A stretch of DNA of 63,196 nt, filler included, from Welwitschia mirabilis (Eukaryota), in the NCBI GenBank assembly GCA_051453625.1. It is 5 parts of one record of this genome, joined end to end, with 100 filler letters (N's around TTAATTAATTAA, not from the genome) between each part and the next. Parts side by side here need not be neighbours in the genome. Positions count along the whole stretch, not along the records: positions 1 to 30,971 come from JBOZIK010000001.1; 4 more parts are not named here. One strand, 5' to 3'. Shown here piece by piece: positions 1 through 13,299 of this stretch (positions within the stretch are counted from its first letter, which is position 1; each line of letters begins with the position of its first letter). The position numbers and the translations under genes are program-made. The notes below the pieces were generated by a model. It was given only the letters and a program-made list of their open reading frames with translations, made no database searches and had not been told where the DNA came from.

Positions 1-3000
1 TATGGCTATGTTGATATTTTTGACTTGACTACTTGAGAATTGTAGGAAGTAAATGGGCAAAATTGAAATTACACGAGCAAACCGTCTAAATTTTTTCTTA
101 GCTTTTTCCTTTGAAATATTACTATGACATTACTTGATCATTTTTCAAACTTAACTTATGTATTTATTTTCATGACCAGTCTTTTGACTTGGGCATTTCA
201 GTAGTAAGACTGGATTGATCTAAACTTAAAACATTCACAAGTCCATGAATTTTAATTGAAGGAAGATGCTTTATTTTTTGATGTTTTTCTCAATGGTGAA
301 AAGATCTTAGATTGTGTAAGAGTGTTATTTTCTGTCTTAATCTTATGACTTTCACCTTTGTCTTTTGGAGTATTTGGTCATATGAAATTTTATTTTATTT
401 CAACTAAAAAAAAAAGAGAGAAAGAGTGGAATAAATACCATGATATTTCAAAAACATGGCCACCATGATGTCCTACCGTAAGTACACTAGGGTAAATATT
501 TTCTAGAGGAGCATTTAACAATGTAATATGATGGATAATAAAGTTGTATTTAAACTTTGAGGCTATGGGATCAGTGGTGTTCTTGATGTCATTAGAAGCA
601 TTGCTTGTTTCCTAGACTATTATTCTTTCCACATGATTATTTCATTTCTTGAGATTTAGATGTTTATTCTGAGATGATGGCAAGAGAGTTTATTTTTGAG
701 TAATTCTTTAGTATAATTATTTATTATTTAAAACATATTACTTTAGCATCATCATAATCACTGCCTTATTGAATGGAACATTTGTACATTAAGGCATGCA
801 TTTTTCACATCAAGTGATATTATGGTTTCTTTTATGGAAATTTGCTAAGTCAAAATGTTAGATTTATGAGCTATCTTTTGTTTACATTATCTTATGCCCA
901 TAGTTCTTCTTTTCTTTTGTGGTTTGGTTATTTATTTTAAAGACATTATCATATTTTCTTAGAATATTTTCCCTGATTAAGTTTTCAATAAAAGATGATA
1001 TGTTGCTTAGATAAGTCTTTTATCAATAAATTTGTGTTATTTTTTAAATTTTGGTGTTGCAAAGTGCTACTCATGTTCTTTTTATGATGAAACATTTTTT
1101 CTTTACTTGTCGGAATATTTTCTATCTTTATATTTTTCAAATCTGACGTCACTCAGATTTGCACTTTGTTTTGTAAATTGTCCTCATTCTTACTATCTTT
1201 CACCTGTCTTCTCACTCCCATCTATTTTCTTTACTTTATTTTCCAATATGGGACGTATTGCTTTTTATTTTGGGGAGGGGGAATAGAGACCCATTTTCAT
1301 GGCTCATTTTTCAAGAACTTTTAACTTAATTCAGACCTTTTATAGCATAAAATTTTCAAAATTTTCATATACATTATGCATTACTTGTTATCTACCCATG
1401 TGATGTGTTTTATGATCCTATTTTATGATTTCCAGATTTATTTTTTAAAAAATATACTATCTCGCAATTATGGTTTTTCTACCTAGTTTTGTCAAGGACT
1501 GACAAAGACTAAGTGGGAGGCTATGTTGCACTACCAATTTATGGTTATTTGATGGGATTTTATGAGTTGTTTTGCAGGATTTATATACAGGTTTAGGTGC
1601 AATTCTAAGTATTTTGCAGATACAAGAGGAAATCTCAGAAAAGTGTGATTCTTATCCAAATTTAATGTATTAAAGACACTTTCTGATGCATAAAGCTTTG
1701 AAGAAGGATTCATGACAAAAATGCTAAGTTTCTTCTTAAGAAAATAATCAAAGAAGACCATCGTCCCCTCTACTGTTCTCATGAGAGGTAGGACTATTGT
1801 TCCCACTATTGTTTGGAATACAGCCTAGACAACACTGTCATGTAATTGACTCGAACAGATTCCCTTGAACGTTTCATCCATTTCTGAGTCATTTATGAGT
1901 GCACCTAACCACACATACTGTTTGTCCTTTTCTGCTATATTTTCTTATAAATAAGACCTCTCTCAACTCTCCTACTCATCTTCGTTACATAGGACATTCT
2001 CATGATAGGAGATTGAAGGGTGAGAGATCCATCTGCATGTGTTTTAGAAAGACGTGCACTTGGTAGAAGGCTATCCTCCATTAAGACCCCGTTGTTTTGT
2101 AACCCAGATGTTGTTACTCTTTTTTNNNNNNNNNNNNNNNNNNNNNNNNNNNNNNNNNNNNNNNNNNNNNNNNNNNNNNNNNNNNNNNNNNNNNNNNNNN
2201 NNNNNNNNNNNNNNNNNNNNNNNNNNNNNNNNNNNNNNNNNNNNNNNNNNNNNNNNNNNNNNNNNNNNNNNNNNNNNNNNNNNNNNNNNNNNNNNNNNNN
2301 NNNNNNNNNNNNNNNNNNNNNNNNNNNNNNNNNNNNNNNNNNNNNNNNNNNNNNNNNNNNNNNNNNNNNNNNNNNNNNNNNNNNNNNNNNNNNNNNNNNN
2401 NNNNNNNNNNNNNNNNNNNNNNNNNNNNNNNNNNNNNNNNNNNNNNNNNNNNNNNNNNNNNNNNNNNNNNNNNNNNNNNNNNNNNNNNNNNNNNNNNNNN
2501 NNNNNNNNNNNNNNNNNNNNNNNNNNNNNNNNNNNNNNNNNNNNNNNNNNNNNNNNNNNNNNNNNNNNNNNNNNNNNNNNNNNNNNNNNNNNNNNNNNNN
2601 NNNNNNNNNNNNNNNNNNNNNNNNNNNNNNNNNNNNNNNNNNNNNNNNNNNNNNNNNNNNNNNNNNNNNNNNNNNNNNNNNNNNNNNNNNNNNNNNNNNN
2701 NNNNNNNNNNNNNNNNNNNNNNNNNNNNNNNNNNNNNNNNNNNNNNNNNNNNNNNNNNNNNNNNNNNNNNNNNNNNNNNNNNNNNNNNNNNNNNNNNNNN
2801 NNNNNNNNNNNNNNNNNNNNNNNNNNNNNNNNNNNNNNNNNNNNNNNNNNNNNNNNNNNNNNNNNNNNNNNNNNNNNNNNNNNNNNNNNNNNNNNNNNNN
2901 NNNNNNNNNNNNNNNNNNNNNNNNNNNNNNNNNNNNNATGTTAGTTTATTTGATGTCCCTTATAGTCTATGTTGTTCTTGATCTAGTGATAATTTCTTGG

Positions 3001-3321
3001 GTGATATAGATTATTAAGGATAGCCTTTGTTAAGGCTGAAAGCAAATAGAGTTTAGGTTATTTTTGCATTACATGTTAGTTTAAATCGAAAATTGCATTT
3101 TGCATTGTATCTTTATTTCCTTGCATTGTTATTTATTTTCTAGTTTCTATTCTTTTACAAAGCAACATAAGTCTCATACTCATAGACTTTAATGAGAATA
3201 CGACATTTCAGATTTACTCCCGCTCATACTAGTGTGTTGTATTATGCAAGATATTTATTTATTTTATAATGAACAGAATCTTTTTTGATCCTACACACTT
3301 GCATAAATACACACCGTAACA
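1..3321 (+). mobile_element. 3' part of an Athila-type Ty3/gypsy LTR retrotransposon (3' internal region, PPT, 3' LTR 1524-3321), inserted into another LTR
   Basis: An Athila-like PPT context, AGGACTGACAAAGACTAAGTGGGAGG (~1495-1520), is followed by TGTTGC at 1524. The LTR ends GTAACA at 3321, where the sequence switches abruptly to the middle of the LTR that pairs with 9291-10395. It contains an N gap. Confidence 0.6.
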
Positions 3322-4174
3322 GCCCTTATAATCTGTATTAACTATAAATTAATGTTACTTTAATTGAAACCCATATAAACTATAAGGAATATGAAAGAGA
3401 GATAATTTAAGAAATAAGTATCCTTCATTAACATTAACAAAATGCACCTAAATGCATCCATTTACAAATAACAACTCCCTAATGGATGATACACAACCCA
3501 ACACTAAGTTAGTCCTTCTCCTAAGTAGATGGATCTTCTTACCCAAGTTGCTCCTATGTTACAAGTACTTTGATGCCAAAGGAGAGATGCTTACAAGTGA
3601 GGGCTCAAATTCCTTTTATAGGAAAGAATAGCATTAAGATGGTTAGGAGCCTTTAGCTTATAGTAGTATGTGGCAAGTACAATTGAGTGGTTATAATTTT
3701 TTTCATGTAGCATAGGGAGGTGATGATTACATTTAAGCAGTTTTTATCACGTAGCCTAGGTAAGATGGATAAGATTCCTTATCTTATAGCATTAGATTAA
3801 ATCATTGTCTTCTTGTATTAAATAGAGTTTTTCATGATGAGTTCAACATTTGGCTTTTGGATCATGATGTCTCTACCAACTGATGCTATCACCATGTGTC
3901 TTTAATGTCACTACCATGACACTACAATGTGTCTTCAATGTTATCACCATGTCATTACCACATGTTACCACCATGTGTCTCCAATGCCATTGCTACATGG
4001 CATGTGCTTTTCTAAAATGCTCTATAATTACTCAGTTTTAATCCAAATTATTCTTAATTCTTCATATTTTGTCCTTGACATCAAAGGTGGTTAATTTAAG
4101 CATTGAATCTATAAAAAGGACCTGAAAAAATACTTCAAACCATATGTCAAATGCAAAAATTTGATTGTCTATCA
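3322..4174 (-). repeat. 3' LTR (interrupted) of element 3322-10395
   Basis: Homologous to ~9625-10395. The minus strand starts TGATAG right after the PPT-like tract. Its distal part is displaced by the element ending at 3321. Confidence 0.75.
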
Positions 4175-5468
4175 TAGTAGCACACTAAGCCTTTGTTAGT
4201 CTTTAATAAAGCAAGTGGAAAATCATGGAAGCTAGTCAACTTGGATATGAAATGAAAGATAACACTTCAAGATTATTACATTATTAAATATAAAGTGTAT
4301 CTTATTTAAAATAATCATTACAAAAAATATGCATTAAGTTTAAACATATGATTTAAACTTATGAAAAACATAATTCCACATAAAAATTTATTTCTAAAAG
4401 ATCAAATGAATTAATTCTTGGAAGTTTCATATAAATAATCCCTCCCACTAGAGTCTACACATGCATTGAAAATTAAAAAAAGCCAAAAGAATAAGAACAA
4501 GATACTCTAGCATTTAAAAGATTGCAAAAGATGCATCAAGGATAAAAGATAAAGTGTAAAATAAAAACACACAAGCATAAAATAAAAAAAGAAAAGAAAA
4601 TAAACTAAACAAAGCTAAAGCATCATGAAAACAAACACTAAATTACTTGAATCCTAAATGATAATCTCTTAAAATATAACATTTTATTTGAAGGAAAAAG
4701 GAACAAAAATCTTTTTCAAAAAATCAAACTCTAATTCTATGGTCTTATGATAAGTAGAAAAAGTATAGTTAATAAATTTGAAATTATCTAACTTCATGAA
4801 TAGAAATAATCATGTTGCATTAGAATATATTCTATTTGAAGTTGATCACTTACTAATAGTCTTTCATTTTCAATTAAAGATACATGATTCCCAAATAGTA
4901 AAACATCATGGTTCTATTTGCATAGCATGAATAAAGATGATAATTTAATAATTAAAATTAACATATGATAGCTATAGTCTTAAGCATCAACTTAAAATAT
5001 GGCTGTAAACTAATAATACTTGACAATCTAATAATCATGACACGCTTCAAGGTGTACCTTATTTTACCTTGGATTCCCTCCATTACTAAGTGTTCATTTC
5101 TTAACCATTGATCTCATTTTTATCATAAATGATAGTACCATTAGATAGGACATAGGACATTAAGCAACTTTACCCCTAGTGGGGTAATCCTTGAGATATA
5201 TTAAGAGTGATTATCAAAAACACTTTCATAGTATACATTGATATTTTATTTTTCTTTTGAAAATTTATTTTTTTCATTTTTTTAAGATAAATAGGGAAAG
5301 AAACTTATGCATTATTAAAGTACTAATAACTTGTAGTCTTAAAAATGAATTTGATGAAGAGACAAAGCATACAACATGAACAACTTAATTAAACACATGT
5401 TCCTCTCCTAGAATGAGAGTTCATAGGTGCTTAAATGCCTTTCAATTAGCTAAAATTCAATTGATCAT

Positions 5469-6813
5469 TGTTAACATGTAAAAATTGACATTTATATCAA
5501 GTTTTTAAGATTAATTTATTATAAATAAATACATTAATTTAAATGTTTTAATCATAAAGTATGTCTTCTATTCTTTTTAAAATAAGATTTAATATTATGC
5601 TTTTCTTCATGATAATTTTAGTTCTTTAGCCACATTTTGGAATACATGGTAGAAAATGAACATAATTTTGCATAAAATAACTATGTAAATAATAGAAATA
5701 AGGTGGTGAGATGTAGCATTAGCATTGGAAGACATGTAACAAAGGCATGTAAAGGTGGCATACGAGAGATGTGGTGATAACACTAGTTGGTAGAGGAATA
5801 TGGCCCGAAAGGCCATACGTTGAACTCATCATGATAAAGATTCCACCTAATACTATATGACAATATCTACCAAATGCTATAAGACAACCTCCATTAAATG
5901 ATACATGTACCTAATGCTAGAGGAGAGAATCTTATCTACTTAATGCTACATGAGAACCTCCACAAAATAGTATAGGATAGAATCTTACCGACCTAATGCT
6001 AAATGATGAAGATTCTACCTAATGCTATAAGCCAAAGGCTCTTAACCATCTCAATCCTACCCTCATATATAAAAAAACCTTGAACCATTACCTGTAATTA
6101 TCCTTTATTTGGATAAAGCATGAAACCTTTGGAGCATTAAGGAATAATGGCCTTCTGAGGACTTCCTTCAGGAGTGAGCTCGTCAAGGAGCTTGAGGAGT
6201 CCTTTCTTCTTCCTTCATCTTTGATGTAATGTACATTTTCTTAGTTCAATATATCCTAGTTATTTCCTTTTTATTGTTAGTCTTTAATTCAATTTTGTAC
6301 TAGGAATACTCAAGGATAACACACTATCAAGTTTTCTTTTGGTTACTAAGTGGATTCGATTAGTTAATTGGTTTATAGTCTTAATAGTTTTATGGATCTT
6401 ATGCACTTTAGTTTGTACTTTCCATTTTTATTATAAGGGTATGAGATCAGTAACTATCAAATTCATCAATACAAAAATGGTAAATAATATTATGTCAACA
6501 TGATCCATGCTTTTACAGTTGATGGTCTAAGTTATTGTTTCAGGATAGTGCTACATGTGGTTGAGTAAGGACTTGCAGGAGTATAAATTAAGTGACTTAG
6601 AGCTTTGTTACTTTCCACTTTTCAAATGAAGTTTCACAAAATAAATCTCAACTCCCTTTTCTTTCCCTTTGTTTTTTTCTTTCTTTTTGTAACTTATAAG
6701 TTAGCAAGAGTTAGTAAAAGTTTTATTTAGTTAACCCCCAACTATCCCTGTGGAAGAATGATAACTAGGTTTTTAACTTAGTTTTAAATCCAAACATTGT
6801 AAAACAATGATTA
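5469..6813 (+). mobile_element. Solo LTR of an Athila-type family with a 5-bp TSD
   Basis: Starts TGTTAACATGTAAAAATTGACATTT, like the termini at 55981, 58402, 28699 and 15506. Ends ...AATGATTA (CA decayed to TA) after CCCTGTGGAAGAATGA, a motif shared with the LTR ends at 14224 and 19285. Flanks are ATCAT (5464-5468) and GTCAT (6814-6818). TATA-like box at ~6066. Confidence 0.7.
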
Positions 6814-9270
6814 GTCATTTGTAAATTACAAAAGCCTAAATGCTTAGACATATTACATGATTAAAAGATAAACCAAAATTATGTTAATATATGTTAAAAA
6901 AGAGACTATTTGAATAATTACATTCACATAAGGATAAGTGATGCACATCTGCTTAAGGAAATAGGCTCCACTAAATTAATTTATTTAAATAAAATATTAG
7001 TATTGAAATGAAAATATTTTTCCTTTGCTCTGCATTTATCCTTATGTTAATAAGCTAGATATTTCAACATAGTTATTACATTGTACTTTTTTAAAAAAAA
7101 AAGAACCAAACCATATAGAGAACAATTGATAAACTATAAATGGTCTGCATGAATTTTTCAAAGAAATCAATTGGTAATAAACAACATAAATAAATAACTC
7201 TTTAACTCTACAAAATTTATTAGCAACATAAGATATAGTTCATATATTTCATGGAAAAAAATTTCTTATCAAACTAATGGTATAAATAATTCAAAATATA
7301 GATTTCATTTAAAGAACGATATTGAGAATGAAAGACATCAATGATAATATTAGGGATCCAAGAATTTTGAGAAAGCTTCTTAGGATGATTAATTGAGTAG
7401 GTTTAACATACTTAAGAAGCTCCCTAAGATTTAACTCCAAGCATGGATTATCACCAAGAAGATAAGGTTTACTCCAATTAAGAATTCCAAGATATCCTAA
7501 GTCATACTTCTAAAAAGAACCTTCACTAAAGGCATAAGGTAAAGTTGACTGGGTAGGAAAAGAAAGGATGTTATTTTAAGAATGACATGGAGTTTGAAGA
7601 GGAAGAGATTAAGAGACATTACGAATAGACTCCTCAAAATTAAAGGTTTCATTAGAAATAATGAAATTGATTTGGTTGTAATATTCATGTAAATGTTCAA
7701 ATGGGAGAGATGTAGAAATGTTACCATAATCAAGATCATATGTTAACATGAGATTAGAAGTAAAAAGAAGGATGTTATCTGGGGTGTTATATCGAAGAAA
7801 AACTAAAAGAAATGAAGAAACATGGTAGACTATTGAGTTTATATTAATNNNNNNNNNNTATCCTCCATTAATTTTAGATAAATCTCAATGGTTTCTTTGT
7901 TATTCCTCTTCTCTTATTGTTATCTTTATCATTTCTTTGTTGAATTATTTATTTATTTTTGTCATCATTATTTTCAACTATATCTTCCTCTTCTTCACTG
8001 AACTCATCATTGTTTTGTTGGGTATTATTGTCATTCTCTAAGTTATTATACTTCTTAATAAGCTCATAAAGAGAAATACACTCATCTTCTTTATCATGTA
8101 TTGGAATGTTTTCTGATTTTTCCTAAGTTGACACTTATTTCCAATCATATTCTAAAAACAAGTGAAGATTGGGGATATGATCTAGTATTTCTATGTCATC
8201 CTTATCATCCTTATCATTTTCATTTATTTGTTCAGTTGTGTTTTTACTATTCTCACTTTGGTTCTCCTCTAGAGGGCCGAAAATGGAAAATTGCTTGAAA
8301 ATATGATTTCTTATTTCTGTCTCATCATCTTCTAAGTGATAATTATTACTACTACAAATTTTAACATTTTATTCTTTACTCTTAAGATGGAATGTAGTAG
8401 ACATAGTTAGGGAGGCTTGAGAATGTTCTTCTTATCTCATAGATTTGTATGATAACTCCTATTAATCTATTTAAATTCTTGCTACATTTTTCACTTTAAT
8501 TAGTATTTGTATAAAAGGATTAGTATAGGAAATTATTCTTTTCTTCATAGTTAATTTTTATAAAAGAAGGTTTTCTAAATGAGAGGAGATCCCTAAAGTA
8601 TTGAGACTTATCATCATAAGTAAAAGAAGATTGAAAACAAAAATATTGAAAAGATGGAATTTGAAAAGAGGAAGGGGTCCTAGTTTTAACAACATCCCTC
8701 AAAGGAGGATTCTTCTTTTTATCAGCTAAGATATCTTGAAGAGACTTACTTTTTCTACTTTCAGTAAAAATTTCATGTAAAGTTTCTTATCATCCATGAA
8801 CTCATTCTTCAATTGTAGATTCCTTCTTCTTTCAGCAATAATTTCATGTAGAGGTCTTTTTTCCTCCATATAAGCATCATTTTCCAATGGTAAATTCTTT
8901 CTTCTTTCTGTAAAAATTTCACATAGATTTCTTTTTTACTCCATAAACTAAGTTTTAAAAACAGCAAAAATTATAATATAGACGAGTATTATGGACAAAA
9001 ATTTTCCAATATCACTTTGAAGCATAAGGAGTTTGATCAATTACTAAATCTAACTGCTAAAAGGAAAAATCTAATAAATTAAAAGAAAACTTACAATAAA
9101 GAAAATTGAAAAATTTTATTACACTCAAGAAAAGAGTAAGTAATTAAAACTTAGGACTAATGTATAATACCAAAATAAAGTAACACATCCAAAGAATAAT
9201 ATTACATTGCTTTTGATGTAGAACTTGATATTTTAAAGACTCACTTTTTTCCTAGCACTCTTAAGTGCCT

Positions 9271-9290
9271 TCCCAATAACAGCACTAAAA
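9271..9290 (-). promoter_or_regulatory. Primer-binding site (decayed Athila-type)
   Basis: The minus strand reads TTTTAGTGCTGTTATTGGGA immediately after the LTR end. It can be derived from the Athila consensus TTTTGGCGCCGTTGCCGGGG by transitions. Confidence 0.6.
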
Positions 9291-10395
9291 TGTTGTGTTA
9301 TGTATTATGTTTACCTAAGATAAAAGTTAGGTATCAAACATTCTCAAGTAATTACAAGGAAACACACAAGGTATAAAGTGTCTTAATTTAGATTCATAAA
9401 CTTAAAGAAGAAAATAAATTAAAGAAGACTTTATTCTATAGAGAGTGAGGGAAGAGAGGAAGGGGTGGAGAGGGAGGGGGGAGGGGGGGAAAGGAGGAGG
9501 GGGGGAGGGAGGATAAGAAAAGAATTTATTTTTTTAATATTTAAGAAATAAAAATAAATAATGTAAATGATAAAATGTAATACAAGGTCTAATCAATTTA
9601 ACCAATCATCTATTACCTAGATTGGCCTTTATGCTTTATATTAGGTATAAATTAATGCCACTTTAATGGCAAGAAACATAGACTATAAGGAATATAAAAG
9701 AGAGATAATTTAAAAAATAAGTACACTATATTAACATCGATAAAATGCACCTCAATGCATCCACTTATAAATAACAACTCCTCAGTGGAGGCTACACAAC
9801 CCAACCCCAAGGTAGTCCTTTTCATAAGTGGATGAATCTCCTTGCCTAAGGAGAATGTCACAAATACTTTAATGCCATAAAATAGATACTTACAAATAAG
9901 GAAGTCTTTGGTTTATAGTGGTAGGTGGCTACAATTGAGCAATAATAATTTTTTTTCATGTATCCTAAGTAGGTGGTAATTACGATTGAGTGGTTATAAT
10001 TTTTATCACATATCCTAAATAGGATGGATAAGATTTATTATCTTATAGCATTAGTTGGAATCTTTGTCTTCTTATGTTAGGTGGAATTTTTCATGATGAT
10101 TCTAACACTTAGCCTTTAGATCATGATGCCTTTACAAGCTGATGCTATCGCCATGTGTCTTTAATGTCACCATCATGTCATTGCCTTTTGTTACTTCCAT
10201 ATATCTCTGGCACCACTACCACATGCCATGTACTTTTATAAAATGCTCCATAACTACTTAGTTGCAAATTATGCTTACCTCTTCATATTTGGTCCTTGAC
10301 ATCAAAAGTGATCAATTTGAGCATTAGACTTGTAAAAAAGACGTGAAAACACACTCTAAATCCTGTGTCAAATGTGACATGTTAGCTGCCTATCA
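9291..10395 (-). repeat. 5' LTR of element 3322-10395
   Basis: TG...CA termini (TGATAG...CAACA on the minus strand), an adjacent PBS, and homology to 3322-4174. Confidence 0.75.
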
Positions 10396-13299
10396 TGTTC
10401 CTCCTTCCTTCAAGAGGTAGTTCTAATTCCCATACTCAATCTTTACTAATTAATATGGTGCATAAAGAGAGAGAAAATATGTAAAGATGTCTTATTCAAT
10501 GAAAGATTCTTATCTCCCTCTCATGATTTCCTATAAATTATAGAAATGAATAAAGAAAGAAAAAGAAAGATTTACAAAGAGAATAAAAAATAATAGAGAT
10601 GAGGTTAGAGATAAGAGATAAAAGAAAAGATGAAAAAAAGTAGAAAATAGTCAATTTTTATAATAAGAACTAACTTACTAATGATTTGTAGTGATAAAGA
10701 AAATTAAATAAAAATAATAATAAGAAGTAAAAATGTAGAATTCTAAAATGATTATGTCATTGGTGAGGTTAAGAAGTGATGCTAGTGAGGTCAAGCGATG
10801 GTGCTAATGAGGTCAAGTACTAGTTTCAGCTATTTTGCATAGATTTGTTTGATCTTATTAGAAATTAAAGATTAGACTACAAAGAATGAAAAAAAAATCT
10901 AATGCTAAGATGCATGGATGACTTTGAGACTTGATTTTTGAAATGAAGTGAAATTCTAGCCATTATATCTTTTTATTTCATTGATAGTTGAGCTTAATTT
11001 AGCTTCAATTGAGACTTGGATAGAGAGGCTATATCACAAAAAACATAGGTGTATTTTTTAATAGAAGGAAATATGAGGTTTTATGACTTGAAATGATTAT
11101 TGTAAAGGATAAATGGATTGGATGAAAATGAAATTATAAATCCATGCATCCTATGAATAAAAGAGGCATTGAAACTGAGGTTAATATCTCTTTTTTTTCT
11201 TTTTGTTTTTTTGTTTTTTTTGATTTAGTGTTATGGATCTATTATTAAGACAAAGCAAAGTATTGATGAATAAATTTATAATCTTCAAGAGTAGTATAAA
11301 TAATTTTAAGTTTTGATTTGTTAAAGAAAGCATGTTAAAAGATATTTCTAATTCCACCTTAATTTGGTTTTAAGCCCTTTACTATTTATGAGTGACTACT
11401 CCAAGCATTTAATGATATTAAGCATTAATTATTATGGTATCTTCTTGAAATAAATTTAAACTTTTATTCATGAATAATTCAGTGTTTCATTACAAGTGAG
11501 CGTTTATAGCTCTAATGTAGTTTAATGTCCCATAATTAAATCCTTAGAATTGCATTACCAGTAGGCGTCCATAGCCTTAATGAATTTAACTAAACCTAAT
11601 AATCATGATTCAAAAACATTATGCTTAAAACTTCTAGAGTTGTTCTAAGAATTTTTCACAAGCATAAGAGGATCATTAACTCATTAGCTTGATTGAGAAG
11701 CAATCTCATATATAGAAATTATTCAAGTAAAATCATAATACAAGAGCAAAAAAACTACCTTTTCCCTTAGGATTTCTATATTAAATATCTCAAATGACTA
11801 TAAAATTCAATAAATAACTTGAAAAATAAAGATAACATTTTTATAAAAATAAATAATTTACAAAATCTGAAAAAAAAAACTTTAAAAAGACAAAGATCAC
11901 TTTATCATTGTCTTTTTAAAAATGGTCATTAACTAGGATCATTAAGTCTCATGAACTCATAAGAAGATGAAAGAGGTAAATAAAAAAGTTTCAAGCAAGA
12001 AATAATGATTTTAAATTGGTGGTGATTCTTTGGATTTTCACTGATAAAAATGCCATTTGGCAACATGTTCAAGATATAACTCAGCTATGCTTCTGTCTTT
12101 TGTTAATGACACATGAATGCAAGATTATCCTAATCAATACAAATCTTACATAGTCAAGTCCAACTTTTATCAATAATAATCTAGGAATTTTGTTATATAA
12201 AAGGTTCCAAATTAATTCTTCTATAGGAATAATGAAGATTAAAAAACAGTAAACAATGTACTTCTATTTTAGCAGTAGATCAAAGAGACTTTAAAGATAA
12301 AAATGAAAAAAGAGTTTCAATGGCCAAAAATCTAAAAACAAACATAGCACTCAAGGATTAACTTAAGTGTTTTGACAATTAAAAACTTTCATTGAAAGAT
12401 ATAGTACAAGTTCTATCTTAAATTCTAATTTCTTGAAGTTTTTTCGTGGCTTGAATCATAGCGATATTATCTCATTCATCACATGAGTAGTGATGAAATA
12501 CTTTCACCACTTTGATCCTTATAGCATGTTTACAAGCATGATAAGTATGAAACAAATCCTAAGAACCACCAAATAACATAAAACTATGAAATAAAAATGT
12601 TAAAAAAAAGATTCCCTTAAAAAAATAAATAACTTGATAATGTTATAACTTCATATCAAGTATTAGAAGTATGAACTAAATTACATTTAAAATAAAGAGG
12701 TAAAAGCTACTATTTTTATTAACTGAAAGGAATTGTGCAATACATCAAGTAAATAAATCTTAAGCTTGTAAATAAATCTTAAGCTTGTATAAGAAACATC
12801 ACACTAGTCTCAAGACTAGCTTATTTCCAAAGAAGAGAAATTAGAAAGACATTTCACAAGTGTTTATTTTCTAAGAATCAATGCTCTTCTTAGCCCAAAG
12901 ATCCTATCCATTATAAACTGGTGTGTTGGGCCCTTTCTATGGGGAAAACTAAGGCTAGGGTTTAATACTTTAGGGTTGTCTAATTAAGGCCTTACATTAT
13001 AAATTCATCACTTTTATGAAAAAAGATAATAGTTAATTCTGAGGTTATAATTAGCTGATCCCATAATTGAAATCTGATTGAGTTTTTATGATGGCTTTAG
13101 AATGTAAGTTTGGAAGGCATGCTACAAAAGGGACCAATGCTATGATACACATAACTAGCACTACTGGCATTTTCTATTAGATTAGGTCCACTTTATGATA
13201 TGTGCTTCAACATGTAGTTTGATATCTGAAAACATCATGGAGAAATACATAAGTTCACACATGATATTAAAAAGGATAGATAACATATTTTTATAATAA

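Larger units (their letters stand above)
3322..10395 (-). mobile_element. Non-autonomous (pol-less) Athila-type LTR retrotransposon with paired LTRs
   Basis: 3322-4174 aligns by eye with ~9625-10395 (e.g. TATAAGGAATAT..AAGAGAGATAATTTAA, TGATGCTATC.CCATGTGTCTTTAATGTCAC, both ending CTATCA). There is a PPT-like context at 4175-4215 and a decayed Athila PBS at 9271-9290. No RT, RNase H or integrase motifs were seen internally. Confidence 0.75.

Noticed and set aside
2020-3009. Long ORFs made mostly of X (also 40018, 43330, 53081, 56468, 56494, 58801 and others)
   Set aside because: They only read through N gaps.
12909-13003. 77-nt segment between 9-nt direct repeats CATTATAAA, a possible MITE with TSD
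   Set aside because: No terminal inverted repeats, and such an AT-rich 9-mer can recur by chance.
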